A stretch of 64,000 bases of DNA from the NCBI GenBank assembly GCA_043228905.1, contig JBHGNT010000022.1, positions 682,001 to 746,000 on the forward strand, read 5' to 3'. This document shows, piece after piece, positions 30,391 through 44,563 of the stretch. The notes under the pieces are model-generated. The model was given only the letters and a program-made list of their open reading frames with translations, was not told the DNA's origin and did no database searches. How positions within the stretch are numbered: position 1 is the first letter of the stretch; each line of letters starts with the position of its first letter. The position numbers and the translations under genes were made by a program. This DNA comes from Azolla caroliniana. Taxonomy: Eukaryota > Plantae > Polypodiophyta.

Positions 30391-32293
30391 AAGCTAAGCT
30401 TGAAAATGCGGTGAAGAAGAACATGCGATTAAAGGTTGTCATTTGATCGACACCTCAGCAAAATTACAACAAACAAGACATTCACACCCTTTCAATAACA
30501 TTGGTCACTACAAAAACAATTACAATTGGTTGTTATAACCGCCTTGTAAAATTAATGGTAAACTAATGATGGCTTCAATTGATATAGGAACGATTGTCTT
30601 AACCATTTCATTTGAATCTTGGCAAACCTTATGGTCACCTTTGTATGACATATTGAGAATAGACTAGATAGGTATAGAGTTACACTAATAGAGATGTATA
30701 CGTTGCAATACAAACTTTCTATATTACATATGAGAGTAGCCCACAATGGTAGTCCTCTTTTGCACTCAGATCTTAGAGCTTAGATGGGATTTCGACTAGC
30801 CGACTACAAAGTTAGTGTAAGAGAAAGAGAGTGGATATTTATATTCTCAGTTTGGTCTCGTTGTCATATTAAATGTGCAAGCCAGATGATAGTGGTAGGG
30901 ATATTCCTTTTTTGTCAATTGACTTGTCATGTTTAATATGACATAACTCCCCATACAAACTAGTGCTAGATAGTACTTATATGAAAGTCAATGATATATA
31001 TTGAAGAATAAGTACATCTTAACTTGCCAACAAAGAACCTTTTTTTAGTTGATCTGACTAGTCAATCTCATTACCCCATACTTCCCTCTATCCTAAATAC
31101 ATTCTGTCCTACTAATCTACAATTTCCTACATTGACACCCATGGGCTCATATGGTCATGTTGCACAATAGCTACTCTTCATTTGGAGTGCGATCACAAAA
31201 TGTGCACTCTCATACATGTGGGAATAAATTGACACTTGGGGCTGATTATTGATTATATATAACAACCTTCATGTGCTTACCATCCAAACAATCTACTATG
31301 TTTCAATGGTTTAACTACCACTGGTGTTAGTATCACGTGCAATAACAAGACACTACCAAGAGCACTTCCTGTTAGAAGTACAAATCATGGCCTTAGTAGT
31401 TCTATAAAATGAAGTAATCCTCTCCCAAGATTGGGTTACTAAAAGTCGATGCCTAATGCAACTCAAGACATTGTTAGGGATTATTGAAGAATATGAAAAG
31501 CCCTATGAACTAATAGCCTCAAACTAAACTTGGTTGACAATATATTGTTACCACTTGAAATAATATATTGCATGGCACATACACACTCAAATGCTACCAC
31601 CCAAGCTAGGAGTGGGCACAAAAAATTCACATGGGTTAACGTACATGGATTTGTAGCCAAGGGAAAAAGGCCTTATGGTGAGTTAGAAATGTAGTCACGA
31701 CCAACCAAGGATGACACTAGGGAAAGTAACAATTTTGGTTCCTTGTTCACAATCAACTCCGTTGTCGTGAAGATTTTCGTCCATAGGCGGAAACCGGGGT
31801 GGAATAGGCAAATTGGTGGTGTGCACCATGTGCACATGTATACTAGGAAATGATGTATAGAAATAAGAGGGGGAATTTTATCCCACATTGTAAGCTCCCT
31901 TCCTCCTTGGGCTATAAAGGGAAGGGAGGGGTCACTTATGACGTTGTTGCCTATTTTGCGTATGAAAGGTATACCACTTGGTGTAGAGTTCTTACCGTTT
32001 TAGGTTTAGGGTTTCGTTTAGGGTCTCCTTGTTCATCCCCGGTTAGGGTTTTCTCATAGTTTTGGTGCGGTCCATGTGGCCACCATCATTGTAATCAATC
32101 GTTCGTTTTAATATATCTTGTTGTGGATCTTGCTTCCATCTATTTTGGTCTATGCTTATGTGCTACTCTTCATCTTCTCATCCGGTGTTAAGCTTCCATT
32201 TCTCATATCTTATTCTTTCTCCTCTACTCCCTAGTCCAAGACCCACGTGGTCCCGCCCCTTCTACACGCACGCGCGTAACAACGCGACATCTT

Positions 32294-32311
32294 TGGTGAA
32301 CCTGACGTGAA
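32294..32311 (+). promoter_or_regulatory. Primer-binding site complementary to tRNA-Trp
   Basis: tggtgaacctgacgtgaa versus the complement of the plant tRNA-Trp 3' end (TGGTGAACCCGACGTGAA, recalled); one mismatch. Confidence 0.85.
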
Positions 32312-32325
32312 GGGCAGCAAGGGAG

Positions 32326-33126
32326 CATGGAGATGTAAGAAGACTTCGACTTCGAGGAGATGATGGCAAAGATCGTGATGGAAGCCGGACGAAAGATGGC
32401 GAAGCGAGATGCGGCTCAACAAGCCGTCGAAAGGGTGGTCAATCGAGTCGCCGGTTCAACGGGGACAATGTCTCGAGGTTCTTAGAAGCATACAATGCCG
32501 AGATGACGAAGGAGGGCGTGGATGAAGCGACAAGGCTAGAGTATTTTCCTCGAGTGGCGGTCGTATCGGTGCACAAGGAGGTCAAGGAGCTATGAGAAGC
32601 TCACGAGTCGTGGGTGTCCTTGGAGGGAGCCCTATTGGAAGCGTACGGGTATGCAAAACCGGAGGGGCGAGGTCGACATGAGTTGGACTGATGGGTGGCG
32701 TCGATGGAACGCCATTGGAGCGCGATGGATGCATTCCGAGAGTATGAGCACCGTTTCTCTCAACTCTCGGAGCGACATTGGAGATCGGTGGGGGCGGACA
32801 AAGTCCTCCTATTTTTGAAGACGATCCATCAAGAGGAGAGGATGGACATCTTATTCGAGCTTCAAGATGATTATGGAATGCATGGTCTCACCGAGGAGTT
32901 GTCCGAGGTGGAATGGGTGTGCCGGCAACATGATGTGAGGCGGTCGGCCACAACACGGCCCACGAGTGGCGGAGAAGAGAGAGCGGCGAGTGACTACGCA
33001 CTACCGTCGGAAGAGAACTCAACGCAAAACGGTTCGGAGGAGCTCGACCTAGAAGCGCTAATACGGGAGGCATGCGAGCTTGTGAAGGGGAAAATCGAAG
33101 CTGAAGAAGGGCTTATTATGGAGTAG
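32326..33126 (+). pseudogene. Degenerate gag-like ORF
   Basis: FNGDNVSRFLEAYNAEM...RLEYFPRVA...ESWVSLEGALLEAYG...AFREYEHRFSQL directly after the PBS, with stops and frameshifts. Confidence 0.6.
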
Positions 33127-33598
33127 GGCCGGAGGCGATCGGAGGATGTGGAGGAAGAAGCCTCCCTAAGCGTAGAAGACGGGGCCTATATGGAGGCCGG
33201 AAGAGCGTACGACGATGATATGGGAGAGGGTGCGGAGCAAGCGACCCTCTTGCCTTGCGGTGAAGGGATGGCCATGGAGGCCGGTAACTACGGATTCGGG
33301 ACATGGCGGCCCGAAACATCGAGTGGGGAGGAGACAAGCGGCGGTGCCGGGTCCTTACCCACACCGGTTCTGGAGACTCCGACATCCGACCCGAGAGCCG
33401 GTGTGAGACCTAGAGTGATGAACGGTGGCGGTGGCAAGGCGGGCAACCAAGACGACGGCAAGGAGATCGAGGAAGAGGAGGCGGCAAGCGTAATCGAGGC
33501 TTTCACGATTGGAGACAGGGTAGCCACGGACAACGACGTCCGGATAGAGGTGGCTACGGACATAACGAGTGGCGGTGCTGCGACCTTACACACACCGG

Positions 33599-34352
33599 TG
33601 TCGTGCCTTTCGGCTCCGGATCGTTGCGTGAGTCAAGGCACCGGATCGTTTGCGTGAGTCGGGTGGGAACCACTGGGGTTTTGGACTAGGAAGAAGAGAG
33701 TTTTAAGGCTAATAAGAATATAAATATGTTGTAAGAAAGAGTTATAGCAAACTCGTGAATCCCACGAGTGTATTGTATTAGATTAATCAATATGAATATA
33801 AGAATATAAACTTCGGTTGAAAGAGAATGATATAGAATTCTCGTGAATCCCACGAGTATAGTTTATTAATTGGTGTTTTTTAGAAACATATCTAGTTTCC
33901 AAATATTTTTCACACACAATTACATTGTGCTCCCCATCCTTATGTAGTGATGAGGAAGTCTTAGTAATCCATGCTTTTTCTCTAACTATAGACCCCATGC
34001 TTTTCCTATAGATAGACTATATGCTTTATCTAAAGTGATCATGCTTTTTTCTAACTTGTGCGTTTTTTATCATGCACGCTAGATGTGTATGTGTAGCTTT
34101 TTCTTTTGTTATGCGTTTTTCTAATGTTTATCCTAGCGTGAATTTACCTTTCTATGTGGGACATCTATGCTTTAACACTAATGAAATGCTAGTGTAATGG
34201 TAAGACATTACATTATTAACATGGAGGTGCAAGGTTCGAATCTTGCCCTATGCATGTTCCATTTATTTTGCTATTTTCTTCTATTTCTTCATTTTTTATT
34301 GAATCTAATACTATATACGTTTTTCACGTAGTGTACAAAATACACTACGACA
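33599..34352 (-). mobile_element. Solo LTR
   Basis: tgtcgtg...ctacgaca with TSD ccgg. Related to 56593-57379. The cctagtccaa motif shared with the 3' end of LTR 31763 gives the orientation. Confidence 0.9.
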
Positions 34353-35380
34353 CCGGCCCTAGAGGCTCCGACGGTCGGCCCGAGTACCGGCATGAGTCCT
34401 AGAGCGACGGGCGGTGGCGATGGCAAGGCCGGCAACTGAGACGACAACGAGGAAGGTCATAGCGGACGGAGGAGAAACCCCTCGCGCCGAGACCGGATAC
34501 TACGGCGGTTGCGCTCGAATGCCAACATAAGACCGGAGAGAAGGGCGGTGGCCATGAGGAGGCGTGGCCTGGAGCGAACACGTGCGAAGATGAGGATGCG
34601 AGGCCCGGAACGGGCATATACAAGAGGACTGACGGAGAGGTTAGGAGCGGCAAGGAGGAGAGAGTCGGGAACCGACCCGATCAGAAGATGAACCGGTCGA
34701 TAATCCGACACGACCGGAAGACGAGGCGGAAGAAGATTGGAGTGGGGTCCGGTCAACCGGGCTCGAACCGAAGAAGAGCCGGCAAGGCCGAATTTGTGCG
34801 GACAAACATGTACCAGTCGGTTACGGTTACGGAAGGGAGCCGACCAAACCGAAACTTGATTAGCCGAGACCGATCCGGGCGAAGGCTAAGTCGGCATGAT
34901 TAGAGGTCGAGGCGAACGAGCCACAACACCCGGTGGGAGCTGGTGATCGCGAGAAGGAGGCTAACCAGGCACGGTGATTACAGCTTGGCGGAAAACCGAG
35001 AGCAAGAGGAACCCTCCACACCTATTCTTGAGACTTCAGCGGTTGCGGATCAACATAAGATGGAAGAGATGGCGGGTGGCGGTGGGGAGTCGGAGACCGG
35101 AACGGACGAGGCTACCGGAACGGGTACCTGGTGCGTGAAGACGGACGAGCACGGCCCAGACGGCAAGCCGGAGTCGGAAGGGGCTACGGCAACAAAGGAC
35201 GAAGAGACCGACGCGGAGGTTGGGTCTACAACGGATGAAGCATGTAACACGAAGCATGCACTACGAACGACAAAGGGCCAAGAAGCAAGCATGCACCCAG
35301 AAAAGCAGCAACGAGTGACTGGCAACGACGGATAGGTCGAGCCGTTGAGAGGCAAGCACGCGGTAAGAGGCGGAGCAGTG

Positions 35381-37270
35381 AGTTGCCGGGATCGGCGGAT
35401 GAACGACGAGAGGGAAGGATGGTGCGCGGAGAACAACGGGGTACACACTGGGAAGAGAAGACGCGGCGGCTTCCCGGAGGGCATGCAAGGCCAAGCGGGC
35501 CAAGAGGGCGCAAGTCAAGGCGAGGCAGTAACAAGAGCCTTGAGGGACACTGACACGGAGGTCGGGATGACGGTACGCTCTACGGCGAGAGATCATGACG
35601 GGCAAAGGAGAGGCAAGGAACGCGGAATGGGGTCGCCTAAGGGCCAAAGAATGAGCGCATATTCGGGGGACAACATCGGCGCATGAGAAGAGCCTATGGA
35701 AGGCAAGCGCGGAATAGGAAGAGTCGACACGCCGAGGTGTTCGGCATGCGGAGACGATAGAACCAAGGGAGGAACATACGCGGCATGAAAGGGGCGGAAT
35801 CCGGAGTGCGATCGGAGAGATCGGGAGTGCACCCGGAGGACATACGAGCCTTTGCGAGGAATGCACGCGGCGAGAGATGGAGCGGTGAGGTGCCGGTATC
35901 GGCGGTGTCATGAAGAATGTGCTTCACGATATAAAAATGAGCTTAAATGTTGTATTTAATAATATTTGAGAGACTTGAACCCACATCCTTATATACGATG
36001 TACAATGTACATACCACTAGGCTAGGCTATTTATTTGTAAAAGTGTGTAATAAATGTGCTTCATGATATAAGAATGAAGCTATATATTGTATTAAGTAAA
36101 ATTGAGGAACTTGAACCCTCAACCTTGTATATCAAGCACAAAGCATACACCACTAAGCTAGGCTATTTGTTTTAGGGTTATATCCATCATTATACTTATC
36201 CCAATACATGGGAGCTCAAATGAGCATGATGGCTATCATGCATCACATGGAATGCATGTGCGCCAAATGGCGATCATGCATAAGATGTAACTCATGCATT
36301 AGATGAATGCCATTACCATATGCATGGAAATACTTATAAAAAGAGGGGCAAGGAAAACAAGGGAAGAAATCAAGAGAAAGTGAGAAAATAATACAATCAA
36401 CTAAAGAAGACGAGCTCATTGGGTGGAGAACCTCTCGTTTCGAAGTTGAGGTCGTGGGTTCAAATCAAGGGTCGGTAGAGAATGTGTTCAATTTGCGATC
36501 AAGGATTGTAAAGTTGGTAAAATATTGTCTTTCTAATATACATCATGTTTATATCAAATACTCTTGCTTCTTGATTCATACTTTGTCTCAATCTTCCTTA
36601 TTAAATCATATTTTGTCTCTATCTTGCTTCTTGAATCATATGTTGTCTCTATCTTCTATCTATTCTCATCTCTCTCTCTCACACACATTACTCGTAACTC
36701 TTCTTCTTGCTACTCTTAACCTTTCTAACATCACCATACAAGCCTTATTAAAATTTAAGTTCCTTCAACTCCCCTTAACCTTCGTCCCTGCGACTTCGCC
36801 GCACGAACCACAACTACCTCGACAGCGGATGATCGGCGAGCATGGAAGGCTATCTCTTGAGAACCGGAGGAGGTGCGTGGAGAGCAACGAGCTACGTGCC
36901 GGGAAGAGGAAGCATGGCATCCCGGAAGGCATGCGAGGCCAATCGGGCCAAGAGGACGAGAGTCAGGATGAAGCGGTAACAGGAGTCGCGAAGGACACTG
37001 ACATGGTGGTCGGGATGACAGTATGCTCTACGGTGAGAGAGCACGGCGAGCAAAGGAGAAGCGAGGAGCGTGCAATGAGGTCGCCGAGGTACTGAAGAAC
37101 GAGCGCATGTTCGGGAGACAACAAGGGCACATAGAAAGAGCCTATGGAAGGTGAGCGTGGAATGGAGGGAATCGGCACGAGGTGTTCGAGACGAAGAGAG
37201 GATCGAGCCGGAGATAGAACACAAGCGGTATGCGAGGGGCGGAATCCGGCGAGCAAACGGGGGGACCGAG
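35381..37270 (+). repeat. Internal ~510-bp diverged tandem duplication of the non-autonomous element, second copy split by the solo LTR 35906-36824
   Basis: 35381-35820 aligns with 35890-35905 plus 36825-37270 (gggaagagaagacgcggcggcttcccggagggcatg versus gggaagaggaagcatggcatcccggaaggcatg). Confidence 0.8.
35906..36824 (+). mobile_element. Solo LTR
   Basis: tgtcatgaag...cctcgaca with TSD gcgg. Related to the 3166/13914 solo LTR. Confidence 0.9.
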
Positions 37271-38699
37271 GGCCTAATCGGAGGACCTACGTGGCAAACA
37301 AAGAAAGAGTGACCGGATCGGCAATGGCGTTCGGGAGGACCGACCAGGGAGGAAGGCGCGTACGGTGGATATGGCGGTTCGGATGGAGTCGATGTTTCGG
37401 GGACACACGGTGGACGTGGTGGATGGGTGGGAGCCGTCGGCTTGAGGACATGCGACAGATACGGTGGAACTGGATGCTACGACGGTTCGTGTGGAAGGGT
37501 CGGGCGTGCTCGAAATGGAAAACGAAGCCAAGCAAGGCCAACGAGGACACGACGGACCTCGGTTTTATCACCATGGCCGAAAAATCTCACCTCTTCTCAT
37601 TTCTTGGCACATACCGGTGGATGTGCGGTTTGGTGGGGGCGGATGTCGTGAAGATTTTTGTCCATAGGCGGAAACCGGGGTGGAATAGGCAAATTGGTGG
37701 TGTGCACCATGTGCACATGTATACTAGGAAATGATGTATAGAAATAAGAGGGGGAATTTTATCCCACATTGTAAGCTCCCTCCTTGGGCTATAAAGGGAA
37801 GGGAGGGGTCACTTATGAAGTTGTTGCCTATTTTGCGTATGAAAGGTATACCACTTAGTGTAGAGTTCTTACCGTTTTAGGTTTAGGGTTTCGTTTAGGG
37901 TCTCCTTGTTCATCCCCGGTTAGGGTTTTCTCATAGTTTTGGTGCGGTCCATGCGGCCACCATCGTTGTAATCAATCGTTCGTTTTAATATATCTTGTTG
38001 TGGATCTTGCTTCCATCTATTTTGGTCTATGCTTATGTGCTACTCTTCATCTTCTCATCCGGTGTTAAGCTTCCATTTCTCATATCTTATTCTTTCTCCT
38101 CTACTCCCTAGTCCAAGACCCCCGTGGTCCCGCCCCTTCTACACGCACGCGCGTAACAACGCGACACCGTAACACCAAAAATACCCTATTCACAACTCAA
38201 CTTACACCCATATTTCCAAGGACACGTAAATTATACATTAAAGGTAGGACCATTGATAATCATTGGGGACCTATATGAACAACTTGGTGTATAGCTAGAA
38301 CACTTACAAAAAAACAAGGATTGCTTGAAAGACAAACCAAAATTTGGTTCAATGTCATGCACGCATGAACACTTCGATTAAGGTTGTTCCTTAATATAGT
38401 AAAAAATGAATTACATACAATACTCTCATGAGCACAAACAATATCGAATGGCAACCTATCGAGAAAATTAAATGTATAGTGGTTATTGATCACACTTGCA
38501 CCAACCATGGTAGTGCATCCAATGAAGATTGAACATTGCTAAAAACGATATTGATTGATGAATGATATTAGCCCCACTCATGTTCAGACACTCATCCAAC
38601 ACTTTACACAAATATCTTAATGAATAAATTTTGAATCGTTTTATACTACCTTTCGGATAATATATGTACATATTAAATGTAGGATAACCATTACTATCC

Positions 38700-40250
38700 A
38701 TGGAAGGATACAATGATGAAATTCTGAATAGGACATGTAGTTTCTTGTTTTGCTCTCATCATGTCTGTGTTCTTTTGAGTTTTTTTCCTTTGAGCTTTGC
38801 ATCATGTAATTAGTTTCATTCCCCAACTATCGGGCATCCCCAACAACCATTCTCTTTGTACCTGACTCCATGGGCTAGGTCATGTCTAATAGATTGCAAT
38901 TTGTCTCCTGTGGACACAGAAAAGATATTTATCCAAAGGTATCAATGTTTTTTGGATCAAACCTTGTCTCATAGCAATAACATCTGCAACATCCTCTTGT
39001 TCATATACCATTGGTTTATCTTGTACGACCACCCATAATATTGCTTCCCATGTATACACTGCTTGAGGATATATTGGTATGATTCTTTTCCATATTTCCA
39101 TCGCAAAGTAACAACTCCACAAACAATACTTAGCAGTCTGTACTAGATCCATACAAAAGGGACACATATTTTCTGCATTCCCTTTTTGCCAACCATTGAT
39201 CTATGAACCAACAACCAATGGAAACAAACAATTTTCCTACTAATTTTTATGCCCCACAACCATTTCCAAAATTGCTTGAGGTTTTGTGGAGAAAGTCCAT
39301 TCACCTAATATTTTCGGCAACCAATCTTCACAGAAATTGAAAAAAGGCACATGTTTTATCTTATCTTGAACTCACACCTTCTAATACAATTCTCAACCTG
39401 ATATAGAGATATTGGTCTCCTTTCCATAATCCAAATCCTCCAAAAAGAATTCACCATTTGTGGATCTGGATCGAAGACCCAATTTGATCCATCATTTGCG
39501 ATCACCCTCACTTCTTTATGCATACATAAAACCTAAACAAATTGGTTTTCATTTGTGTGAAAGTTAACCTACCATCATCATGTACATCAAAGGTCATACA
39601 AGCTTCTTCCCCAATATAGACTTTTACTCCAATCAAAACATCCAAAACAATAAATAACACCATCCACTTCTATGCAGAAGATCCAAATTGCACCTGAATA
39701 TTACAAAGGGTGGCTTGTATCACATAATACATTGTCTTTCCGCCCCATATATTATTAAGCATTATCATTCTTTCGTCTATAGGTGTAGATTGGAATGTTG
39801 TCCATGCACCTATAGACTCTACTGGTCCGCGATCTAATTCTACCCATGCACATTGAGTACGTTTTCACAACATATGTCCCATATGGTCAGTAAAATACGA
39901 ATTCCAAATCAGGGATTGATCCCAAATCAACTTCTGTTTTTGGAGATCTCTTAGTATCTAAATCAAGAGAGGCATATTTCCATGAATTAAGAACAATCGA
40001 GTAAATTGTCTTCCCATTTTGTTGAGATAGCCAACTTGTTGTCTTCCATAAAGCTCCGTTGAAATTGGGATTCCAATCTCCACTAATTTTGGGACAAAAG
40101 TTTTCCAATTCATTTAAGAACAATTGTTTTCATGGTTCCATTCCTAGTAATAATCCCTGAACTCCCAATTTCGCAAGCAAAATTTTGGGCAGTTGTAAGC
40201 TAATACGGCGGAGCTCAAGCGATTGGAGTTTCATGGCATTTGGGACAAAG
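38700..40250 (-). mobile_element. Degenerate L1-like LINE 3' region
   Basis: CPFCMDLVQTAKYCLWSCYFAMEIWKRII (38886..39167) parallels the zf-RVT motif near 18050. Boundaries approximate. Confidence 0.55.
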
Positions 40251-41577
40251 GCATATTTTATAAATGGATTTATGATAAGATAGAGTGGTTCTACTCTACA
40301 CCAAAGTATTTATTTAAGGCGATGATTAGAATTTAGAAAAGGGGCTCATTACCGTAGCCTTTGGGCGTATCTTAATACTACATTACCGTAGCCTTGGGGC
40401 ATATCTTAATACTAGTGCAATATCTCTTTATTTTATTTTATCTATTTATCCTTGACAATCATTCTCTACAAACTGATTATATCAACCACCTTGCAATGAT
40501 GCTACAAACTCTTGTTCTTAATTCTTGATGTTGAAACCCTAGTTCTGAATTGCGATAAGTTTCTACGTATGGCACCTACCTCCAAAGCCTAGCTTCAAAA
40601 CTTAGGTCTGATGCCTAGGTATGAATACTACCTCTAAAGACGAGCTAGGATAAAGGCAAAAAAAGCTAGTTAGTAATCTACATCTAGTTAAAAAAGAAAG
40701 GAAAAGATGAGAACAATTAAGTTTTCTATGGCAATGCCAATCAACTCATTTCCCCCATGATATAATGGGACTATATTCTACACCCTCCATCAAAGTTATT
40801 AATGTGGTTGTCCAACTCAATTACCAAGAAACTCAAACATTTCAATTATTGTCTAAGTTCAGGTTGGGATTTTATTCAGGATTTGGTCCATGGAGGATCC
40901 ACCAAGACGTCTGATGTTTCATGATGGGGCTACATGAAAGAAACAATGTTCTGACCATGAAAGTTTTCGATGACGAACATCTTTTCTCAATCCTATGCTC
41001 CATTGTAGTGATATGACGTGTGTGAAGAGAGAAAACGCCAAAAAATGGCAATGGAAGATAACTTAAGTGGCAAGATCAAAACACTTAAACAATAAGGTTG
41101 AGGGTTTGAATATTGTAGAGGCTGGAAAGGGGTAATGGTGATTTATAGTGGACAAAATACATGGATGAGGAATGCATTTAAAGTGAAATGAGAAAAACAG
41201 TTTTGGGAAAGTTTAGTATCTAGGTCAAATGACGATAGGTGTTACAAAAAGGAAGTTTATTTTTGCTCTTGGTAAAAGGCTTCTTGACATATTAAAGAAG
41301 GAAGATAGCTAATTTCTAGGGATTATCATTTTGGGATTCAAGGCTAGGCTTTATTAAATTATGTTTACTATGGGGTCGTGAATCATGAGGATGCGTAGGA
41401 GGCCTGTGATGACAAAAGTGATGTGAGCATTGATCATAGACTCACCATGGTGGAGCTCAAGCCCATCTCAAGGATCTCTCCTTGACACTCTTGTTTTTGA
41501 ATTGATATATCTTTTACCTTCTTCATCTCTCACCTCCTATATAACAAGTTGATCATTGTAAAATTCTCTCATTTGTA

Positions 41578-42168
41578 TATTGATTTCAATCTCTTTAATT
41601 TTATTGTAAATTGGGAAAATATTTTTATCTTCATGTATTAGAAGTTTTAAATTGGTAAAAGGATTGTAATCATAATATTATAATGAAGATTGTTATCAAA
41701 TGAAAATCCATGTATAAATATCCTAAATTTTGTGCAAGTGATCTACACACGATTGCTGAGCTTACTCACTTAAGTATTGATTTCAATCTCTTTAATTTTA
41801 TTGTAAATTGGGAAAATATTTCCATCTTCATGTATTAGAAGTTTATAATTGGTAAAAGGATTGTAATCATAATATTATAATCAAGATTTTTATCAAATGA
41901 AAATCCATGTATAAATATCCTTAATTTTGTGGGAGTGATCTACACACAATTGTTGGGCTTACTCACTTAAGTATTGATTTCAATCTCTTTAATTTTATTG
42001 TAAACTGGGAGAATATTTCCATCTTCATGTATTAGAAGTTTATAATTGGTAAAAGGATTGTAATCATAATCTTATAATCAAGATTGTTATCAAATGAAAA
42101 TCCATGTATAAATATCTTTAATTTTGTGGGAGTGGTCTACACATGATTGTTGAACTTACTCACTTAAG
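41578..42168. repeat. Three tandem 197-bp units, probably within an LTR ending ...gttgtgaca at 42178
   Basis: Units start at 41578, 41775 and 41972. Confidence 0.9.
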
Positions 42169-44374
42169 AGTTGTGACACAACTTTTGGCTTAGAAATCCA
42201 AGTACTAGTGTGAATTTGATCATGGGAATAAACTTTGACAAGTGGGTAGATTTGAACCTAAAGTGTGCGAATTCTAAGATTCAGTCTAGTTACCCTACCG
42301 ACTTGCCAATGCTCATACATATCGTGACTCTAACGCAACAACTGTTGCGAGAATGCAATTAACACTTTCACGTTCCCAAGTGGAAGGATCACGCATTCCA
42401 CTTATAGATTCCTTTTATAATCTTGCAATTTTAGGCAATTTTCAGAAACTTGATACACCAATATCACATGTTTTAAATAACATGTAAAAGTAGCTAATTT
42501 TTTGAGATTTAACAAGTTTCAAAATGATAATTTCTAAAATTGAATAGTTTTTCAATAAACGTTTAAACATTGATGGTCTGCAGATATGAAATGTAATTAA
42601 CTTAAAAGAAATCACAATGGTTAACTCAAGGCACAAGTTAATATTAATGGTTTCACCATCTTGAGGAGATGTAGGTTCTAGAAGTGGAAGTTACATCTAT
42701 TGTTAAACTTGGAAATGTTTTAAGTATAAGAGGTAACATTGTAATCCTTAATGTCATCATCTATAAATTTAGTGCTCATTAACATCCATAAATTCATAAC
42801 TCAAGAAATGTACATACAATATTCATAAACAATTTTTATAAATCCATAACTCTTAAAATGTAGACGATATTCATAAACTGTCAAAATTGCCAAACTTAGA
42901 TGTAAACATTAATATATCACATAGTTATCAAGGTATCCACAATGCTTTCCTCTTCTTCATTTTGAGAACTCCCCTACAAAATTTGGGAAGTTAATGGCAT
43001 TTGCAAGGTTCAATTACCATCAACACAATTATTAATGGTTTTTTGTTAATCAAGGAAGCACATATTCACCATAGGGTATCTTGTTGTGCAACATAGTTCT
43101 TTACAGTATCGATATGCATCTTTTACTCTTGTAAAAACAATTATTTTAGTACAAGTTGAGTTCATGATAAAACCCTAAACCTCTTTTATTTGAAAGAAGA
43201 AGAAGATTTCTAAACATGAACTCCATACATTATATCGAGTTCATGTAAAAAACAAATTTTTCATCACAATTCCATACAATATATCAAATTCATGTTCAAA
43301 GTTTTTTTCTTGGATTTAAAAAAAATAAAAAGATAAAAAAATCAAGGTTGAGTTGATGAAAAAACCAGAATTTTCACCACAAATCAATACAATGTATCGA
43401 GTTCATGTTTGAGAACTCTTGCTGTTAGCAAAATCTTTTTCTTGTAACTTCGTGTTGGGAACTTCAACCGGTGAACCAAGAACTATCCCACAAACCCCAC
43501 AAAGATCTCAAGATATTGACGCATTGAGTAGTTTGATATGCAGATTGGAAATCCGTTTGTTGCAAAAATTAAGGCAAATTTATCGTGTAGATTCACGCTT
43601 CGTGCTCAAATTTTTGACTTGGAAATTTTTGTTATGATCATTAATCAATGACAATTTACAAGGAGTAAAAATTACTTTTACGCGTTCCCTTGTATGGATT
43701 TTGATTCATAAGATAGCAATTTCTAGCAACTTAATGTATTTCCCCAAATTCGAGATTAAGATACAATTATGTTTATTAACAATCAACACCTTTTACAATA
43801 ACACTAAAAAACTTGGGATTGAGATATCGTTTTTTATGCAATAAGATCACACTTTCACAAAGGGTATGAGGAATTAAGATGAATAAAGAGATCAAAGGAG
43901 TGTTGGGAGGAGATCCTTGAGTTTCGGTGTGTACCTAGTCTATGATCAATGGCCACATCACCTCTTATCATCATAGGCCTATTATGCACCCTCTTGTTTC
44001 ACTACTCTTCATCAATCCTTTCACCAACGAAGTCTAGGTGTCTCTCTCAAAATGTCGATCCCCTGACAATGAGCTCTCTTGCTCATTTCATAACATTTTG
44101 GAGCTCCTCTATTGAATAAAAATAATGGTGCCCCTTTTAACATGCACTATTGTTTTTCCTTTTAGTATGCACCTATCTTTATCTTAACACGGGCCCCTAG
44201 TGCTAGCAAAATGTTTATTAATATGTCCATATCCACTTCATCTTCATCGGTGTCTTATTATAGCTCACATATTCCCTTCAAAGGTCCTAATAATGAACTA
44301 AACTTTATCATTTTAATTGGTTAAGTCTTGTCGTTGTTGATTTAAGTATCATCTCATCACATATCTTTTTACTT

Positions 44375-44563
44375 ATGTCTTCAATCAAACCCTTAACTTA
44401 TCGTAAAATGGGTGAGATTGGTGGGCTATGCACACTTTGCCTGAAACAAGTTCGAGAGTCTGAGTATCACACTTTGATACAATGTTCTACCTTTGATCAC
44501 ATTCGACGAAGCTTTTCACACATCTTTGACCAAACTCGATCCTTTCATGAATTTCTATCATAA
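44375..44563 (+). mobile_element. Short non-LTR retrotransposon C-terminal zinc-finger fragment
   Basis: LCTLCLKQVRESEYHTLIQCSTFDHIR (CxxC-x-E-x-x-H-x4-C pattern). Confidence 0.5.

Larger units (their letters stand above)
31763..38166 (+). mobile_element. Non-autonomous LTR retroelement (gag remnant, no recognisable RT) with two nested solo LTRs
   Basis: LTRs 31763-32289 and 37644-38166 are nearly identical (about 6 substitutions and one 4-bp indel), TSD ccgt, PBS and a G-rich PPT (37627-37643). Confidence 0.95.

Noticed and set aside
34188-34246. Possible tRNA genes here and at the other A/B-box modules
   Set aside because: No convincing acceptor or anticodon stems; treated as tRNA-like modules, not functional tRNAs.
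34399-37734. Many overlapping 60-216 aa ORFs on both strands
   Set aside because: GC/GA-rich degenerate retroelement interior and LTR sequence; no recognisable domains.
42400-44300. Possible DNA-transposon remnants and short degenerate repeats (atatcgagttcatg)
   Set aside because: Too decayed to assign termini or protein motifs from sequence alone.
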